Below the pieces are notes generated by a model. The model saw only the letters and a program-made list of their open reading frames with translations, did no database searches and had not been told where the DNA came from. A DNA stretch of 64,000 nucleotides from an uncultured archaeon (GTDB taxonomy: Archaea; Asgardarchaeota; Thorarchaeia; Thorarchaeales; Thorarchaeaceae), in NCBI GenBank assembly GCA_964558645.1, contig CAZLEV010000001.1, positions 317,568-381,567 on the forward strand, in the 5' to 3' direction. This document shows, one piece after another, positions 18,225 to 29,563 of the stretch. Numbering within the stretch: the first letter of the stretch is position 1; every line of letters starts with the position of its first letter. The translations under genes were made by a program, and so were the position numbers.

Positions 18225-18893
18225 CTATCCAGTAGGTGTGACAGAACCCCAGGACGTGGCGAAGACCAAGAGAGCCAACATCAGACCGCTTAGGCTGAGA
18301 ACAGAGGCCAAGACATCATAGGGTCTTTTGGATACGCCCGGAACAAAGAAGCCAGTACTCTCCCTGTAGTCAAGATACTCTTGACCATACTCGTTCAAGA
18401 GATATCTCTCCTCTACCGAGGCTAGAACTACATATGTAGCGAGGACTGCGAACCAAAGCGCTGCGGAGGCTTGATAGGGTATCCAGCTGATACCGCGGGT
18501 GTGCGTCTGTATCCAGTAGCTCCACGCCGTCAGTCCCGAGGTCAAAAGCAAGAACCCAAGATATTGGGGATGACGAACGTAGCGATATGGTCCAGAGGTC
18601 ACGAAACCGGTGGTTCGTCTCTGGTAGATTGCCAGATAGACAATTGATGTCAACGAGATCAGGAAGCCAAGGTCGGTTACAAGATTCATCGGATTCAGGG
18701 GGTTGGCGGTGAAGAATGCTGCAGTTTCTGCAATCGCAGTGGGTCCGTTCGCAAACATGGCAATCAAGAAGCCGAGCAGAGGAGCTGCCATCAGCCCTAC
18801 CCAGCCAAAAACTCCTGGCGCTGATGTCACTAAGGGAAGCAGATATCCTACGAAGTGCATAGCTTTTTGTCGAAATCTCTCCTTCCAACTCAT
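18225..18893 (-). CDS. Isoprenylcysteine carboxyl methyltransferase / PEMT-family membrane methyltransferase
   Basis: TSGPYRYVRHPQYLG, EERYL...YG.EY..YR. Confidence 0.85.
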   Translation of the reverse strand: MSWKERFRQKAMHFVGYLLPLVTSAPGVFGWVGLMAAPLLGFLIAMFANGPTAIAETAAFFTANPLNPMNLVTDLGFLISLTSIVYLAIYQRRTTGFVTSGPYRYVRHPQYLGFLLLTSGLTAWSYWIQTHTRGISWIPYQASAALWFAVLATYVVLASVEERYLLNEYGQEYLDYRESTGFFVPGVSKRPYDVLASVLSLSGLMLALLVFATSWGSVTPTG

Positions 18894-19045
18894 GGTTCTC
18901 TCACAGCCATATTACTCGATTCGTATTCTCTTTAAGGCAATCTACTGAGCAAGTCTGCGTGCCCAAGTCACTGGTCACAAGTGCTCAGCAAGTTCATTTC
19001 CAGTGACCACGCTCCCTATTAGTCGATCTACTCTGGTGATTACCC

Positions 19046-22000
19046 TTGAGCGAAGAAGCGAATATCGAGATTCGGGAATATGACGAATCGATGGCGGCCA
19101 AGCTCGCAGGCATGTACAACTCGTGGGACGACCTGTGGCCGGGCGGGTTTACTTCTGGTGTTCCATACGATGAAGACCGTGTGCGAGAGCAGTATGAGAA
19201 GATGAGCGCTATAGCCATTCTCATCGCCTGGGATGTCGATGCTGACACTCCGGCTGGATCCTGCACGCTGCACAAACACTGGCGAGATGAAGATGCGGCC
19301 TACATTGGAGTGCTCGGGGCCTCACCTGAGTATCTGGGTAAGAAGGTCGGCAAAAGACTGCTGCTAAGATCTGTGTCTATTGCGACAGAGGAGGGATTCG
19401 CCCGGGTGGACCTGAACACATGGCCTGGAAACATGCGAGCAGTGCCACTGTACAAGAAGGTTGGCCTAATGTGGAATCCTGAAGGGGACGGTGTCCACAT
19501 GGAGGATTATGTACCCTCGATTCTGACCCACCCGCTCTGTCAGCCGTTCTTCAGCGACCTAGCCGATCCAAATGCTTGGTATGAACTACACGTGAGAGAG
19601 ATAGAGCAGGCACCTGACGATTATGATGTGGCGGGCATGAAGGTCTATCCGTACAGGTTCCAATGCGAAGGCAGCGAGCTCGAAGTCACAGTCGACCGAT
19701 ACGCGAGGGGAATCACAGGAATCAAGCGAGCAATAGATGGCAGTATCTTGAGTGTTGATGCTCGCGTGAGTAGACATCTTACGCTCTGTGGTCTACCTTC
19801 TGTCTATTCTCTTGAACTAGCAAATGGGCAGGATGAGACTGTTCGGGTTGAGGTTCACTTGGCGGGGTTCGAGGGTCTTGAATTCCGCGACTCAACGGAT
19901 ATGGAGTGCGAACTGGAGCCCGGTGAGTCTCGGGTATGGACTGTTCCCTTCATTCTAACGGATGAGGCTGAGCTATTCCGACCAGATTTGACCACGCCGT
20001 GCATTGAGGCGAAGCTCAAGATTGATGGCGAGGAATCTACTCTCAGGACAGGCCTTGTCATCAAGCCCGCTGCTGAAGTGGTTGAAAGATTCAACGAGCT
20101 GCGTATTGGCCCCGGGGGAAGGGATGAACTGGTGCTGACCGCAATCGCTGCAGAAGAGTCGATCAGGAGGGGAACTATGCATGTGAGCTGTGAGAGTGAA
20201 GATATCAGCCTCTCAGAAACGGAGTTTGATCTTGATTTTGTGAAAGGGATATCCGGCGCGACGGTCGGAATTGATGTGTCCGATGTGCTGAAAGATCGGG
20301 ACCATGACCTCTGGGTCTGGTTGAAACTGGACGCAAAGAATGGCGAGAACAATGAGATCTCAGTGACAACTAGGCGTTTCAGAGTTCCCATCTACTGTAT
20401 AGCACATGGTGACATTGCATTCGGGTTTGATGATAGAGAGCGCAGGATATGTGCGTTAAGTGCTGACTACAGGGCGTACCTATCACGGGAGGGTGCCATT
20501 CTCCGCGTGTCACACGGCGATGGAAGTGGAAAGAGAGCCTTCTATCTCCAATCTGAGATCGGGCCACCCTTTGGCATGAGCCCGTTCCGTTTCGCCGTGC
20601 GCGAATACATAACGGGTGAGAACGAATGTGAGCGTTGGATCGAGATGTGCGCCAAACATCCGGAGCGGCCTGTTAGAGTCATTGACCGGGTGGTCTTTGA
20701 AAGAAACTCGGGGATTATCCGCCGCGAGGTCTGGGCCGAAAACCTCGGAGGGAGTGAACACACTCTGCAGGTTCGCATTGGAGCCGGTGGCGGCATCTCT
20801 TTGGATTCTGGCAGGTCATTTGTTCCCTTGAAAGATGGGATACTAGAATCTCCGGTTGGCTCGGGCTATTCGAGCTTCCCTGCTATACCTAGCAGTGTTG
20901 ATGAATGGGCGGAAGGTTGGGTTGCATATCAGAGCTACGCGGGCACAACAGGGATGTTCTGGGCTTTGGACGAGGTAGAGGAGATTCGACTGGGAATGAA
21001 ATGTGTTTCTCGCCTTGGATTTCCGATGATGACACTCTCAGAAGGAGAAAAGCGCTGTCTTAGCAGAGTATACTTGGCCATGGGGGCTGGCGGGTGGAAT
21101 GACATAAGATCGCGGTATCGAGCACGGATCTTGCAATCTTATCCTGCACTCCCCGCAAAGTCAGAAGATGACCAGACGCATTCCCTATTTGAACTCCAAA
21201 CCTCACCTGTCATAGCTTCAGCTACCGAACCCGTGGAGATGGATATCCTACTGAGAAAAATGGTCAAGCCCCCGATGATGGGTAGTCTAGAGGTTGTACC
21301 ACCTGAGGGATGGGCCGCTGAGATTCTCGAGCCAGCGTCTGCAGAAGTTGAAGCTCAGGATGGACTTCTCCGTATGCATGGTCTTGAGGTTTCAGAGGAC
21401 GCCAGAATACGACTCCGTGTTATTCCACACGATAACTTGGACCCTTCATTCGGAATCCACACTGGTCATATCCGATTCAAGACCAACATGATTTTCGAAA
21501 CAGATTATCATATTGTGGTTCTGGGTGACAAAAAGGGTAAGACTGCGGTGGAGAAAGGTATGGAGCAGGGGAGGGAGATATACTTTGTTGATAACGGACT
21601 ATGCAGGTTCAAGGTGTCTCCTGATTATGGCGGGTGCATGATCTCTCTTACGACACCAAAGGGCACTGAGCTTCTAGTTTCCTCATTTCCAGATCCTACC
21701 CCGAAACCCGGTGGCTTTCTCGAGAACTATCACGGTGGTGTTCAACCGCTGGTCTTTAGTTCAGAACCCGGGGACGACCTCCCGAAGGCACCGACTAACA
21801 GAGAGAAGATGAGGGGACGAACTATCCAGCGAGGAATATGGAAGGGTGTTTCCATCGAGTGGCAAGGCTCTCTGCAACGCTCAACTAGGGGTGTTGACTT
21901 CGCCATCGAATACCTGACCACAGTCGGAAGCCCTCTGATACTGATTGAATTTGCAGTACAGAATCGGACTTCAGGGGCAGTAGACTTCATGCCCTCTCTC

Positions 22001-22366
22001 TTCGTAGATGCTGCATTCGACGGTTCTATTGATGATGTCCTTCTGCAGACCGAATGGGAGAGTCAGGTACAGGATGTGCGACCAAGCAATATCATCTCGG
22101 CTATCAACCCTACAGCCAACTTCTTCTGGATCCGGAATGGCTCTACCCCAGATGGTGAAGGACTGGGACTGGTAACAGCGGGCATCAAACCGTCGATGCT
22201 TGGCCTTATTGCACCTGGACTGTTGATTACTGGAGCTTACGACTCTGATACAGTCCTGCGTCCGGGTGAGAGTCGTACTTTCAGAAGCTGTCTGTTGGTG
22301 AATCCGAGCGAAACGAATGAGCTGATGAAACTACAGGACTTGTTGATTGCTATCTCTCAGGACTAG
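19046..22366 (+). CDS. Large multidomain protein with N-terminal GNAT acetyltransferase
   Basis: YIGVLGASPEYLGKKVGKRLL and TWPGNMRAVPLYKKVG GNAT motifs, followed by about 950 aa of beta-rich sequence. Confidence 0.8.
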   Translation: MSEEANIEIREYDESMAAKLAGMYNSWDDLWPGGFTSGVPYDEDRVREQYEKMSAIAILIAWDVDADTPAGSCTLHKHWRDEDAAYIGVLGASPEYLGKKVGKRLLLRSVSIATEEGFARVDLNTWPGNMRAVPLYKKVGLMWNPEGDGVHMEDYVPSILTHPLCQPFFSDLADPNAWYELHVREIEQAPDDYDVAGMKVYPYRFQCEGSELEVTVDRYARGITGIKRAIDGSILSVDARVSRHLTLCGLPSVYSLELANGQDETVRVEVHLAGFEGLEFRDSTDMECELEPGESRVWTVPFILTDEAELFRPDLTTPCIEAKLKIDGEESTLRTGLVIKPAAEVVERFNELRIGPGGRDELVLTAIAAEESIRRGTMHVSCESEDISLSETEFDLDFVKGISGATVGIDVSDVLKDRDHDLWVWLKLDAKNGENNEISVTTRRFRVPIYCIAHGDIAFGFDDRERRICALSADYRAYLSREGAILRVSHGDGSGKRAFYLQSEIGPPFGMSPFRFAVREYITGENECERWIEMCAKHPERPVRVIDRVVFERNSGIIRREVWAENLGGSEHTLQVRIGAGGGISLDSGRSFVPLKDGILESPVGSGYSSFPAIPSSVDEWAEGWVAYQSYAGTTGMFWALDEVEEIRLGMKCVSRLGFPMMTLSEGEKRCLSRVYLAMGAGGWNDIRSRYRARILQSYPALPAKSEDDQTHSLFELQTSPVIASATEPVEMDILLRKMVKPPMMGSLEVVPPEGWAAEILEPASAEVEAQDGLLRMHGLEVSEDARIRLRVIPHDNLDPSFGIHTGHIRFKTNMIFETDYHIVVLGDKKGKTAVEKGMEQGREIYFVDNGLCRFKVSPDYGGCMISLTTPKGTELLVSSFPDPTPKPGGFLENYHGGVQPLVFSSEPGDDLPKAPTNREKMRGRTIQRGIWKGVSIEWQGSLQRSTRGVDFAIEYLTTVGSPLILIEFAVQNRTSGAVDFMPSLFVDAAFDGSIDDVLLQTEWESQVQDVRPSNIISAINPTANFFWIRNGSTPDGEGLGLVTAGIKPSMLGLIAPGLLITGAYDSDTVLRPGESRTFRSCLLVNPSETNELMKLQDLLIAISQD

Positions 22367-22915
22367 CCATCCCGCTGTATTCCTCTCATGTCAGGTTGTG
22401 GTGGAGAATGACGTGGCAGAAAGCGAGTTAAACATTCATAGCGTGATTCGTGAAAGTCATGGTAAAGAGCCTGAGAATGAAATCACACCTGACCCCGTTT
22501 GACTGGACCACGAGGTGCCGGATTGGTGGGGCATCTGAAAGGCGGCAAGTGCCATTCATTGCGATCACACAGTCTGGAGGATTTCTCGCTGTTCTTTTGA
22601 GTTGTGGAAGAACGAAGATGTTCGTATTGCGAATCAACAATACTCACATGGTTGTTTACAAACCGATGATTCTTTCAGGTTCAAGTGCATTCCATTCAGA
22701 TAAGAGAGGTTGTAGTTCTGGATTTCCGTTCGAGTGAGATTCTCCCTCTCGTTTTTCTCTTTGATGACCACATCACTTTTTACTGAGTGGATCTATCCTC
22801 CACTGGGTAGTTATTGTGCATGAGGAGCAGGCATGGAATCTATCCGTTCTGATAGAAGCCAATTCCATGATGGCAGTGAGAAGACGGGCTGCTATAACAT
22901 TCAGGGGGATGAGAT

Positions 22916-25021
22916 ATGGCTTTTGAGTATCCAAAAACGAAGAGAGAAGATATTGTTGAAGAGATTCACGGAAGAAAGATTGAGGACCCCTACAGGTGGC
23001 TTGAGGACGCTGAGTCACCCGATGTGCAGAAATGGGTGGACAAACAGAATGAACTCACGAATGAGGTCCTTAAGAAATACCCTGGAAGCAAGAAGATCGC
23101 ATCACGCCTTCGAGAGCTGTACTTCTATGATAACATCCTAGATGGTAGCCTCGGGGTCAGAAAGACGGAGCGAGGTGTTCGTTTCTTCTACTTATATCGG
23201 AAAGCAGCTCAGCAGCAACCAACATTATGCTACCAAGATGGTGAAACGGGACATCGAGTAGTTCTCTTTGATCCAATCATTGAATCGGAAGAGGGACTAT
23301 TGTCAATAGACTGGTATTATCCGAGTTTTGATGGCAGTTTCATAGCATTTGGAATCTCTGAAGCTGGAACAGAGATGAGCACACTCCAAGTTATGGATGT
23401 AGAGAAGAAAACACTCCTCAAAGACAGGATTCCAAGAACAAAGTGGTGCAGTCTTAGGTGGATAGACAATATTGGATTCTATTACTCCCGGTATCCTTTA
23501 CCCAACACGGTGTCCGCTGAGGATGAGCATTACTATCATCATGTATACTATCACAGACTGGGGGACGACTATCATCGAGATGTGAAGGTATTCGGAGAGG
23601 GGAGACCCAAGACCGAGCATCCATTACTCTACATGAATGATGATTCAACATTGCTGGCAGTCTTGAGTGAGCGTTTTGTCAGTTCAGACATCCATATTGC
23701 CAGAGTTGACAACCGCAATCCGGGGTCATTGGATTTCAAGGCACTTATTGAGAGTGACTCATTTTCTAGCTGCCCAGGGTTCCACCAAGACTATGTCTAT
23801 GTGAATACTCAGATTGATGCTCCGAATGGCCAGATACTACGATACGATCTGTCTGGGTTCAAAGAGGGCGGAACGATTCCCGAGCCGAAACTTGTCGTTG
23901 AGGAGGGAGAGGGCGTCATCTTTTCTCAAGCAAATCCCTCTAGGTTCAAAGTGTTTGGGGATAGCATTGCTGTAGTTGAAGACAAGAATGCTTCGAGTTA
24001 TCTCAAAATTTACGATGTCGGGTCAGGGAATTTAGTTGATGATATTGATTTCGAAACATATGTTACCTTGTTTCAGGTGGAATCAGCCGCTGGATTGGAT
24101 GGATTGTATTATAGCCTGGCAAGTTTCTTCTCTCCGACAACTTACTATCGCTATAAGGAGGGTGAGTCACATATTGTTCATAGAGCGGACCTCTCTCTGA
24201 TTCCAGATGACTTCAGATCCGAGTTTATCTGGTTCGATTCTAAAGACGGAACAAAGGTGTCTATGTTTCTTCTTTCAAAGAATGGTGCAGAGATCTCTGA
24301 AGAAACACCGATTCTTCTCACTGGATACGGCGGCTTCGGAATCGGAATGTCTCCGTTCTATCAGCCACCTATTGTTATGTGGGTTGAAAATGGTGGTGTC
24401 TTGGCGATCCCTCATCTGAGGGGTGGCGGTGAGTACGGTCATCAGTGGCATCGAGCTGGAAACCGAGAGAACAAGCAGAATGTGTTTGATGACTTCATAT
24501 CAGCTGCAGAGTGGCTTACTGAGAACCGTGTCGGCGGCAGAGACTCTTTAGCTATCTCTGGAGGGAGTAATGGCGGGCTGCTTGTTGGGGCGGCATTGGT
24601 TCAACGACCAGACCTCCTCAAGGCAGTAGTATGCGGTGTCCCTCTGCTCGATATGATCAGGTATACCAACTTCCAAGTTGCAAAGACATGGGCTACGGAA
24701 TACGGGGACCCTGAAGTGCGGGAGGAATTCGAGTGGTTGTACACCTACAGCCCTTATCATCATGTGAAAGAGGGAGAACGATATCCTGCAACACTCCTCC
24801 ACACGGCCTTGGGTGACACTCGCGTCGATCCCATGCATGCTTTCAAGATGGCAGCAAGACTTCAGGCAAGCTCTAGGGCACCAATAGAAGAGGCCCCCAT
24901 CATCCTCCATACAGAGAGCAAAGCTGGCCATGGTGCAGGAAGGTCACTTGAGAAGACTGTGGACCTTCAAACCAGACTGATTCTGTTCATGGCGCATCAT
25001 ACCGGACTCGGTTTTGATTAA
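22916..25021 (+). CDS. Prolyl oligopeptidase (S9A)
   Basis: DPYRWLE, GYGGF, RGGGEYG, GGSNGGLL, DTRVDP.H, AGHG. Confidence 0.96.
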   Translation: MAFEYPKTKREDIVEEIHGRKIEDPYRWLEDAESPDVQKWVDKQNELTNEVLKKYPGSKKIASRLRELYFYDNILDGSLGVRKTERGVRFFYLYRKAAQQQPTLCYQDGETGHRVVLFDPIIESEEGLLSIDWYYPSFDGSFIAFGISEAGTEMSTLQVMDVEKKTLLKDRIPRTKWCSLRWIDNIGFYYSRYPLPNTVSAEDEHYYHHVYYHRLGDDYHRDVKVFGEGRPKTEHPLLYMNDDSTLLAVLSERFVSSDIHIARVDNRNPGSLDFKALIESDSFSSCPGFHQDYVYVNTQIDAPNGQILRYDLSGFKEGGTIPEPKLVVEEGEGVIFSQANPSRFKVFGDSIAVVEDKNASSYLKIYDVGSGNLVDDIDFETYVTLFQVESAAGLDGLYYSLASFFSPTTYYRYKEGESHIVHRADLSLIPDDFRSEFIWFDSKDGTKVSMFLLSKNGAEISEETPILLTGYGGFGIGMSPFYQPPIVMWVENGGVLAIPHLRGGGEYGHQWHRAGNRENKQNVFDDFISAAEWLTENRVGGRDSLAISGGSNGGLLVGAALVQRPDLLKAVVCGVPLLDMIRYTNFQVAKTWATEYGDPEVREEFEWLYTYSPYHHVKEGERYPATLLHTALGDTRVDPMHAFKMAARLQASSRAPIEEAPIILHTESKAGHGAGRSLEKTVDLQTRLILFMAHHTGLGFD

Positions 25022-25155
25022 GAGAATGATACATTACTGGCACTCTTTGTAGCTCAGGCATCATCGCCCTTCAGATTCAAGTCTGACTGCACAATACTGT
25101 GGTATGCTGTTGTAGACATGTATTCGCCACACATGCTATCTGAGTCCAAACACAA

Positions 25156-27486
25156 TCATTCGTGCTCTTTCCGTATTTCCAATAGCGCCGCATTCGGTAG
25201 GAGTAGCAGAGATGCGGCTGGTGGCTGTGATGAGGCATCTTGGCCAATTTCGACAAGATTCAACACATGCTCTGAAGAGGGCTGCATAGCAGAATGCCCC
25301 AATTCCAAGACGAACGAACCCATCCATTCAGCCATCTGGGGTGCTTCATCTGACTCTAGCATGGCCCACCAATCTTCGTCTGTCAGCCGTTCGCTCATGG
25401 GTAACGTGAACTCATAGTGCGAATACATTGCACCTCTGGCAAGGAATACCTCCCCCTCCTCAGTAGGTACAGCGACAAAAACCACCATGGGATTGCCGGT
25501 AGCCTCATGCAACACAAGCCCGCTTACCGTATCTGTATGAACATCCGCGACCAAGGCGGCTCGCCCACCCTGCCCACTGATGCCCTCTATGTACGCAAGC
25601 TCTCTTCCGATACGTTCGAGCAGATACCACTCTGCAGCGTCCAAGGGGATGGCAGAGAGCTGCTTTTCCGAGATGGTCTGAAGCTGTCTGAGCAGGTTGT
25701 GTAGTGAAACTAATCTATCTGTTATGTCCTCAACAATGAGGCCTCGAGCAGTCAGTCCGTCAAGCATCATCTTACATAGCGATGCAAGCCGAGCATAGAG
25801 TTTGGGGACGGGTTCAACATACCCGGGAGGTGGAACCACCTCGCCAATGTATTGAGTATAGGATTGTTTAGCATAGAGAATGGTATCATGCTTCAATTCG
25901 GTCCATGTTCCAAGGCAGGTAGTGAGCTGCTTGTCAAGCCAAGGCTCACTAAGCATGAATGATGGGTTGCCTTCCTCCGGATTCTCCAGTAGTGATTTGA
26001 ATGAGTAGAGCCATGCCCAGTAGAGGTTCTGCGTCCATTCATCCTGACTTAGATTGCCGTATTGCTCCTTCAGCGTGTCGATGTTTTCTGAATAGTTCTG
26101 ATACCCCTTTTGGTCATCAAGATGTTCCCACGCTCGGTTCGAGCCAAGGACAGCCATGACGTCAAGCGCCTTCGGCAATAATCTCCAAGGCACTTGCATA
26201 TGGGTCAGTTCGCTGAACATGTAGGAGTCTGGGATGAACCTCTGGCCCATGAAACGCATTCCCTTGGTGACATTGATGCTCTGATAATCCCACACGAATC
26301 CTGAGATGATTCGTGGACTTCTAGCTTCTTTTGCCGTTGCAATAAAAGTCCCAAGGCGCGTGCTATCGCACAATTCAGTCAGATTGCTTGGGTCATCATA
26401 TACCTCGTCTATGATTGACATGTATTCATCAGGTGTAAGGTCATCACTAGTGCCTACGAAGAAGGAGGTGGTATCGTAGATCTGCTGCCAGAACTGCAGT
26501 GGAGAGGTAGAGTCAATGAAGAGCGAGCTCGGCATTTGGAAGGCACGACACATGAGAATGGCCTGAGCGGTTTCGTTCCTTCCCTTCTCCCAATTATCTT
26601 GTTCGTTCAACCAATCATCACCTAGCTCCAGTCTAAATGCCACTCTGGCAAGCCACGTGATGATTCTGAAGAACCTGATGGACGAGTTGGACTCAGTGTA
26701 GTGCCCTCGTGGAATGAACTGCGTGAAATCCAATCTTTGATTCATGAACCAGTCCTTTCTGAATCCTGCTGCATTATCTATCAAACTGAGGACGGTATGA
26801 ACCCAATCCTCAACTAGTTCAGGACAGGACCAATTCGGGTCGTGCAGTTTTGCAGCTACTGAGAAGAATGCAGTGTTCTTCTTAGCATAATCCTTCCACC
26901 TAGGATCTGACAGACGCATGTATTGACTGAGCGAGGTTTCAACCATGTGTCGTGAGAGGTTTCCTATGCGGTTCATGAAGTGCGTTTCCTCAATTCTTCG
27001 GAGAGCCAGATTGTAGAGTACATGGTATGCATGCAAGACAGAGTCTGACGTCACAAAAGATGGCCATTCGTAGTCGTAGTTCTGCCGATAGATGTTCGAG
27101 AACAGTGTGTTGTCTGACGGTATGGCTACGAAATAGTGGTCAGCAATGGCATTTCTTGCATCATCCGACAGGAACGAGAAGGACTGAAGATTGATGACAT
27201 TGGAGAGGTTCTGTTCAAGATAGTATTGTGGTGTATTCAGCGTGTAGTTCACATCATATTCTTGATACTCTGCAAAGGGGCGCCACTGAAACTCAACATC
27301 CCTGGGCTCATAGACGGTATCATCTATTGGATCGGCAGGGGTTTCATCGTTACGTCCACTATCTCTGAGCATGTTGCCTATCAGTGCCCCAGAGAGGCCA
27401 GAAACTGATATGATTACTATCACAAGTAGGGCGATGAAAGCGTTGGACTTTCCTTGGAACAATCCTCTAGAAGACACAAATTCCAC
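25156..27486 (-). CDS. Membrane-anchored DUF3160-like extracellular protein
   Basis: N-terminal TM; FVTSDS.LHAYH, PRGHYT, GQRFIPDS, WTELKHDTILYAKQS, GYVEP.P, ADVHT, RLTDE.W. Confidence 0.8.
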   Translation of the reverse strand: MEFVSSRGLFQGKSNAFIALLVIVIISVSGLSGALIGNMLRDSGRNDETPADPIDDTVYEPRDVEFQWRPFAEYQEYDVNYTLNTPQYYLEQNLSNVINLQSFSFLSDDARNAIADHYFVAIPSDNTLFSNIYRQNYDYEWPSFVTSDSVLHAYHVLYNLALRRIEETHFMNRIGNLSRHMVETSLSQYMRLSDPRWKDYAKKNTAFFSVAAKLHDPNWSCPELVEDWVHTVLSLIDNAAGFRKDWFMNQRLDFTQFIPRGHYTESNSSIRFFRIITWLARVAFRLELGDDWLNEQDNWEKGRNETAQAILMCRAFQMPSSLFIDSTSPLQFWQQIYDTTSFFVGTSDDLTPDEYMSIIDEVYDDPSNLTELCDSTRLGTFIATAKEARSPRIISGFVWDYQSINVTKGMRFMGQRFIPDSYMFSELTHMQVPWRLLPKALDVMAVLGSNRAWEHLDDQKGYQNYSENIDTLKEQYGNLSQDEWTQNLYWAWLYSFKSLLENPEEGNPSFMLSEPWLDKQLTTCLGTWTELKHDTILYAKQSYTQYIGEVVPPPGYVEPVPKLYARLASLCKMMLDGLTARGLIVEDITDRLVSLHNLLRQLQTISEKQLSAIPLDAAEWYLLERIGRELAYIEGISGQGGRAALVADVHTDTVSGLVLHEATGNPMVVFVAVPTEEGEVFLARGAMYSHYEFTLPMSERLTDEDWWAMLESDEAPQMAEWMGSFVLELGHSAMQPSSEHVLNLVEIGQDASSQPPAASLLLLPNAALLEIRKEHE

Positions 27487-27680
27487 CTATATCCATCAAG
27501 CACTCATATATTACAAAGCGAATCTATATCAATTGCATTGTGTGAGTATTTGCACTATAGCTGGAATAGTCCTTGCATATCCTTGATGGCATTATTAGCG
27601 CTGTTGATCTCGAGGAGGGAATCCCGCTACCCACAGACCTCATAAGTGAGACGGGTGGGTTATTGCGTCGTGAGAATACT

Positions 27681-28544
27681 GTGCAGTTGAAAGGCCTCGA
27701 CAAGATGTATGAGAAGCTTCCGGCTTACCAGGGCAAGAGGATTGTTCTTTTACCGCTCAGAGGAGCAGTGACTGCGCTTCTTAGCTGCCTTTTCGTCATT
27801 CTACTAAGCATCACACCCCGTGTGTTTCATGATGTCATCATCCTTGCAATCGTCGAGCCTTTTCTTCCTGTCCTTGGGGGTATTCTCATTGCCATATTGG
27901 CGCTGCGACTCATATGGAGTCTCTGGGATAAGAGAGAGCGCATGTGGGCGCATCATGGAGAACTTGCATACCAGAAGATGATTCATAGAGGGGTCACAGG
28001 TGTTTTTCAGGTGCTTTCCTTGGTTCTTCTGACTCTCATCTCGATTCCGTCTTTCGCATTCGGTTCTCCAGTCAATGAACTCACCATTCATTGGTCAGAG
28101 CCTCTTCTCTTGCTCTTCGGCATAGCTCCAAATCTTCATCTGTGGCTCCGAATCGTTTCAGCGGGAGTCCTGGTTGCGCTCGGGGCACTTACGATTCGAA
28201 GTTCCATCATGACATTCGGTCTGGATTACATGACAGTTGTCTATCTCTACTTCCCTGAGGAGTCAGAGATCCAAGAACATGAGATCTACTCGGTCGTACG
28301 GCATCCCGCGTACTTGGGTGGCATCTTAGTGACGGCGGCTGGTGTCTTCTTCAGATTCTCGGTCTACTCGATTGTCATGTTCCTACTGGTCTGTCTTGTC
28401 TTCAATCTTCAGATTCGTAAGGAAGAGAATGAACTAGTCGAGAGATTTGGTGCTGGTTATCTGGAGTATAGAGAGGAGGTTCCAGCTCTTCTCGTTCGAC
28501 CCAGTAAGCTTAGGATGTATCTCAGGTTCCTGCGGATGGGCTAA
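27681..28544 (+). CDS. Isoprenylcysteine carboxyl methyltransferase / PEMT-family membrane protein
   Basis: IYSVVRHPAYLG, EENELVERFG..Y.EYREEVP; start (GTG at 27681) is uncertain. Confidence 0.8.
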   Translation: MQLKGLDKMYEKLPAYQGKRIVLLPLRGAVTALLSCLFVILLSITPRVFHDVIILAIVEPFLPVLGGILIAILALRLIWSLWDKRERMWAHHGELAYQKMIHRGVTGVFQVLSLVLLTLISIPSFAFGSPVNELTIHWSEPLLLLFGIAPNLHLWLRIVSAGVLVALGALTIRSSIMTFGLDYMTVVYLYFPEESEIQEHEIYSVVRHPAYLGGILVTAAGVFFRFSVYSIVMFLLVCLVFNLQIRKEENELVERFGAGYLEYREEVPALLVRPSKLRMYLRFLRMG

Positions 28545-29050
28545 GAGTATGGTATAATGTTTACATAACTGATTCATCCCTATGCTAGCTCGATATTCAG
28601 AGGTGGCTTAGAGCCCTTTCATGAATATTCATCAACCCAGCGCTCAGAACTGCACGATTCACATTGAAAGATGAGTAACACAGAAAGCTAGGCCATAGTC
28701 GCACAATAAAGGGAATGGCCCTGAATTAGGGACCATCAGTTCTATCAATCCCTCGCTTGGATTTCGCTATCAACTTCGTCCTCAATAGACCGTTCATTGT
28801 AAGTCTCTATGAGTGAAGATAAGCATGGATCTCATCGGTTCCAGTCAAGAACATGCAGGTCCTCTTCGCACATGTTTCACTTCTGAATACGAATTCTCTG
28901 AGTTCCTCTGGGTTAGCCTGTCCTCTAATAATCTGACCTGTCTGATTGAAGGTGCGATTGGGTCTAGCTCAGAAATGATGCGTAGTAGAGTCGAGATTTG
29001 TGGGCTAGAGTCCTGCCAAATCATCGCTGTGACGAAGGTGTTGTTCTCAT

Positions 29051-29563
29051 CTAATCTGAACCCAACCTGAAACTATCTGCAATCGTCTTCAGATCGCCAG
29101 TAATGATAGCATGAGGATTATTCGGAACTGCTCTTGAGTTGTTGTAGATTCCAAACAAAAGGAGCAGGCCATACGGTCCGCCGTCGGGAGATGGGACGAG
29201 TGATGCTACCCAGTCCCGCTGCTGGATGTTCTTGCCAGTCTTAAGTATCAGTGCGTTTCGGTCAACCCCGTCTATCTCCAGAGTCAGTTTTCTGCCGAAC
29301 CTCAGCGGCTGGTATTCCGTATCGTCGAACTGTTTCTCCACCGCTTCTCTCAAGACTTTGACATTGTGGTGTTCCGACTTGTACCCGTAGACGGCGAACT
29401 CAACGGAGCCTTGCGGGGGTCTCTCTGCTCTAACATAGCAGTCAGAGCTTGGGAAGCGTTCAATGGTCAGTGCTGTCCCTGACCGATCAAATGCGAAAGC
29501 GATTGGCGGAAGGTCCTTGTCCCAGCTCTCTGAACCACCGATTCTGATGAGTTGCTCTTTCAC
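29051..29563 (-). CDS. Hypothetical protein
   Basis: 170-aa ORF with globular composition and an AGGAGA upstream. Confidence 0.55.
   Translation of the reverse strand: MKEQLIRIGGSESWDKDLPPIAFAFDRSGTALTIERFPSSDCYVRAERPPQGSVEFAVYGYKSEHHNVKVLREAVEKQFDDTEYQPLRFGRKLTLEIDGVDRNALILKTGKNIQQRDWVASLVPSPDGGPYGLLLLFGIYNNSRAVPNNPHAIITGDLKTIADSFRLGSD

Noticed and set aside
28545-29050. 500-bp gap with short protein-like fragments on the minus strand
   Set aside because: It may be a decayed gene, but I cannot recognise a family or build a consistent frame
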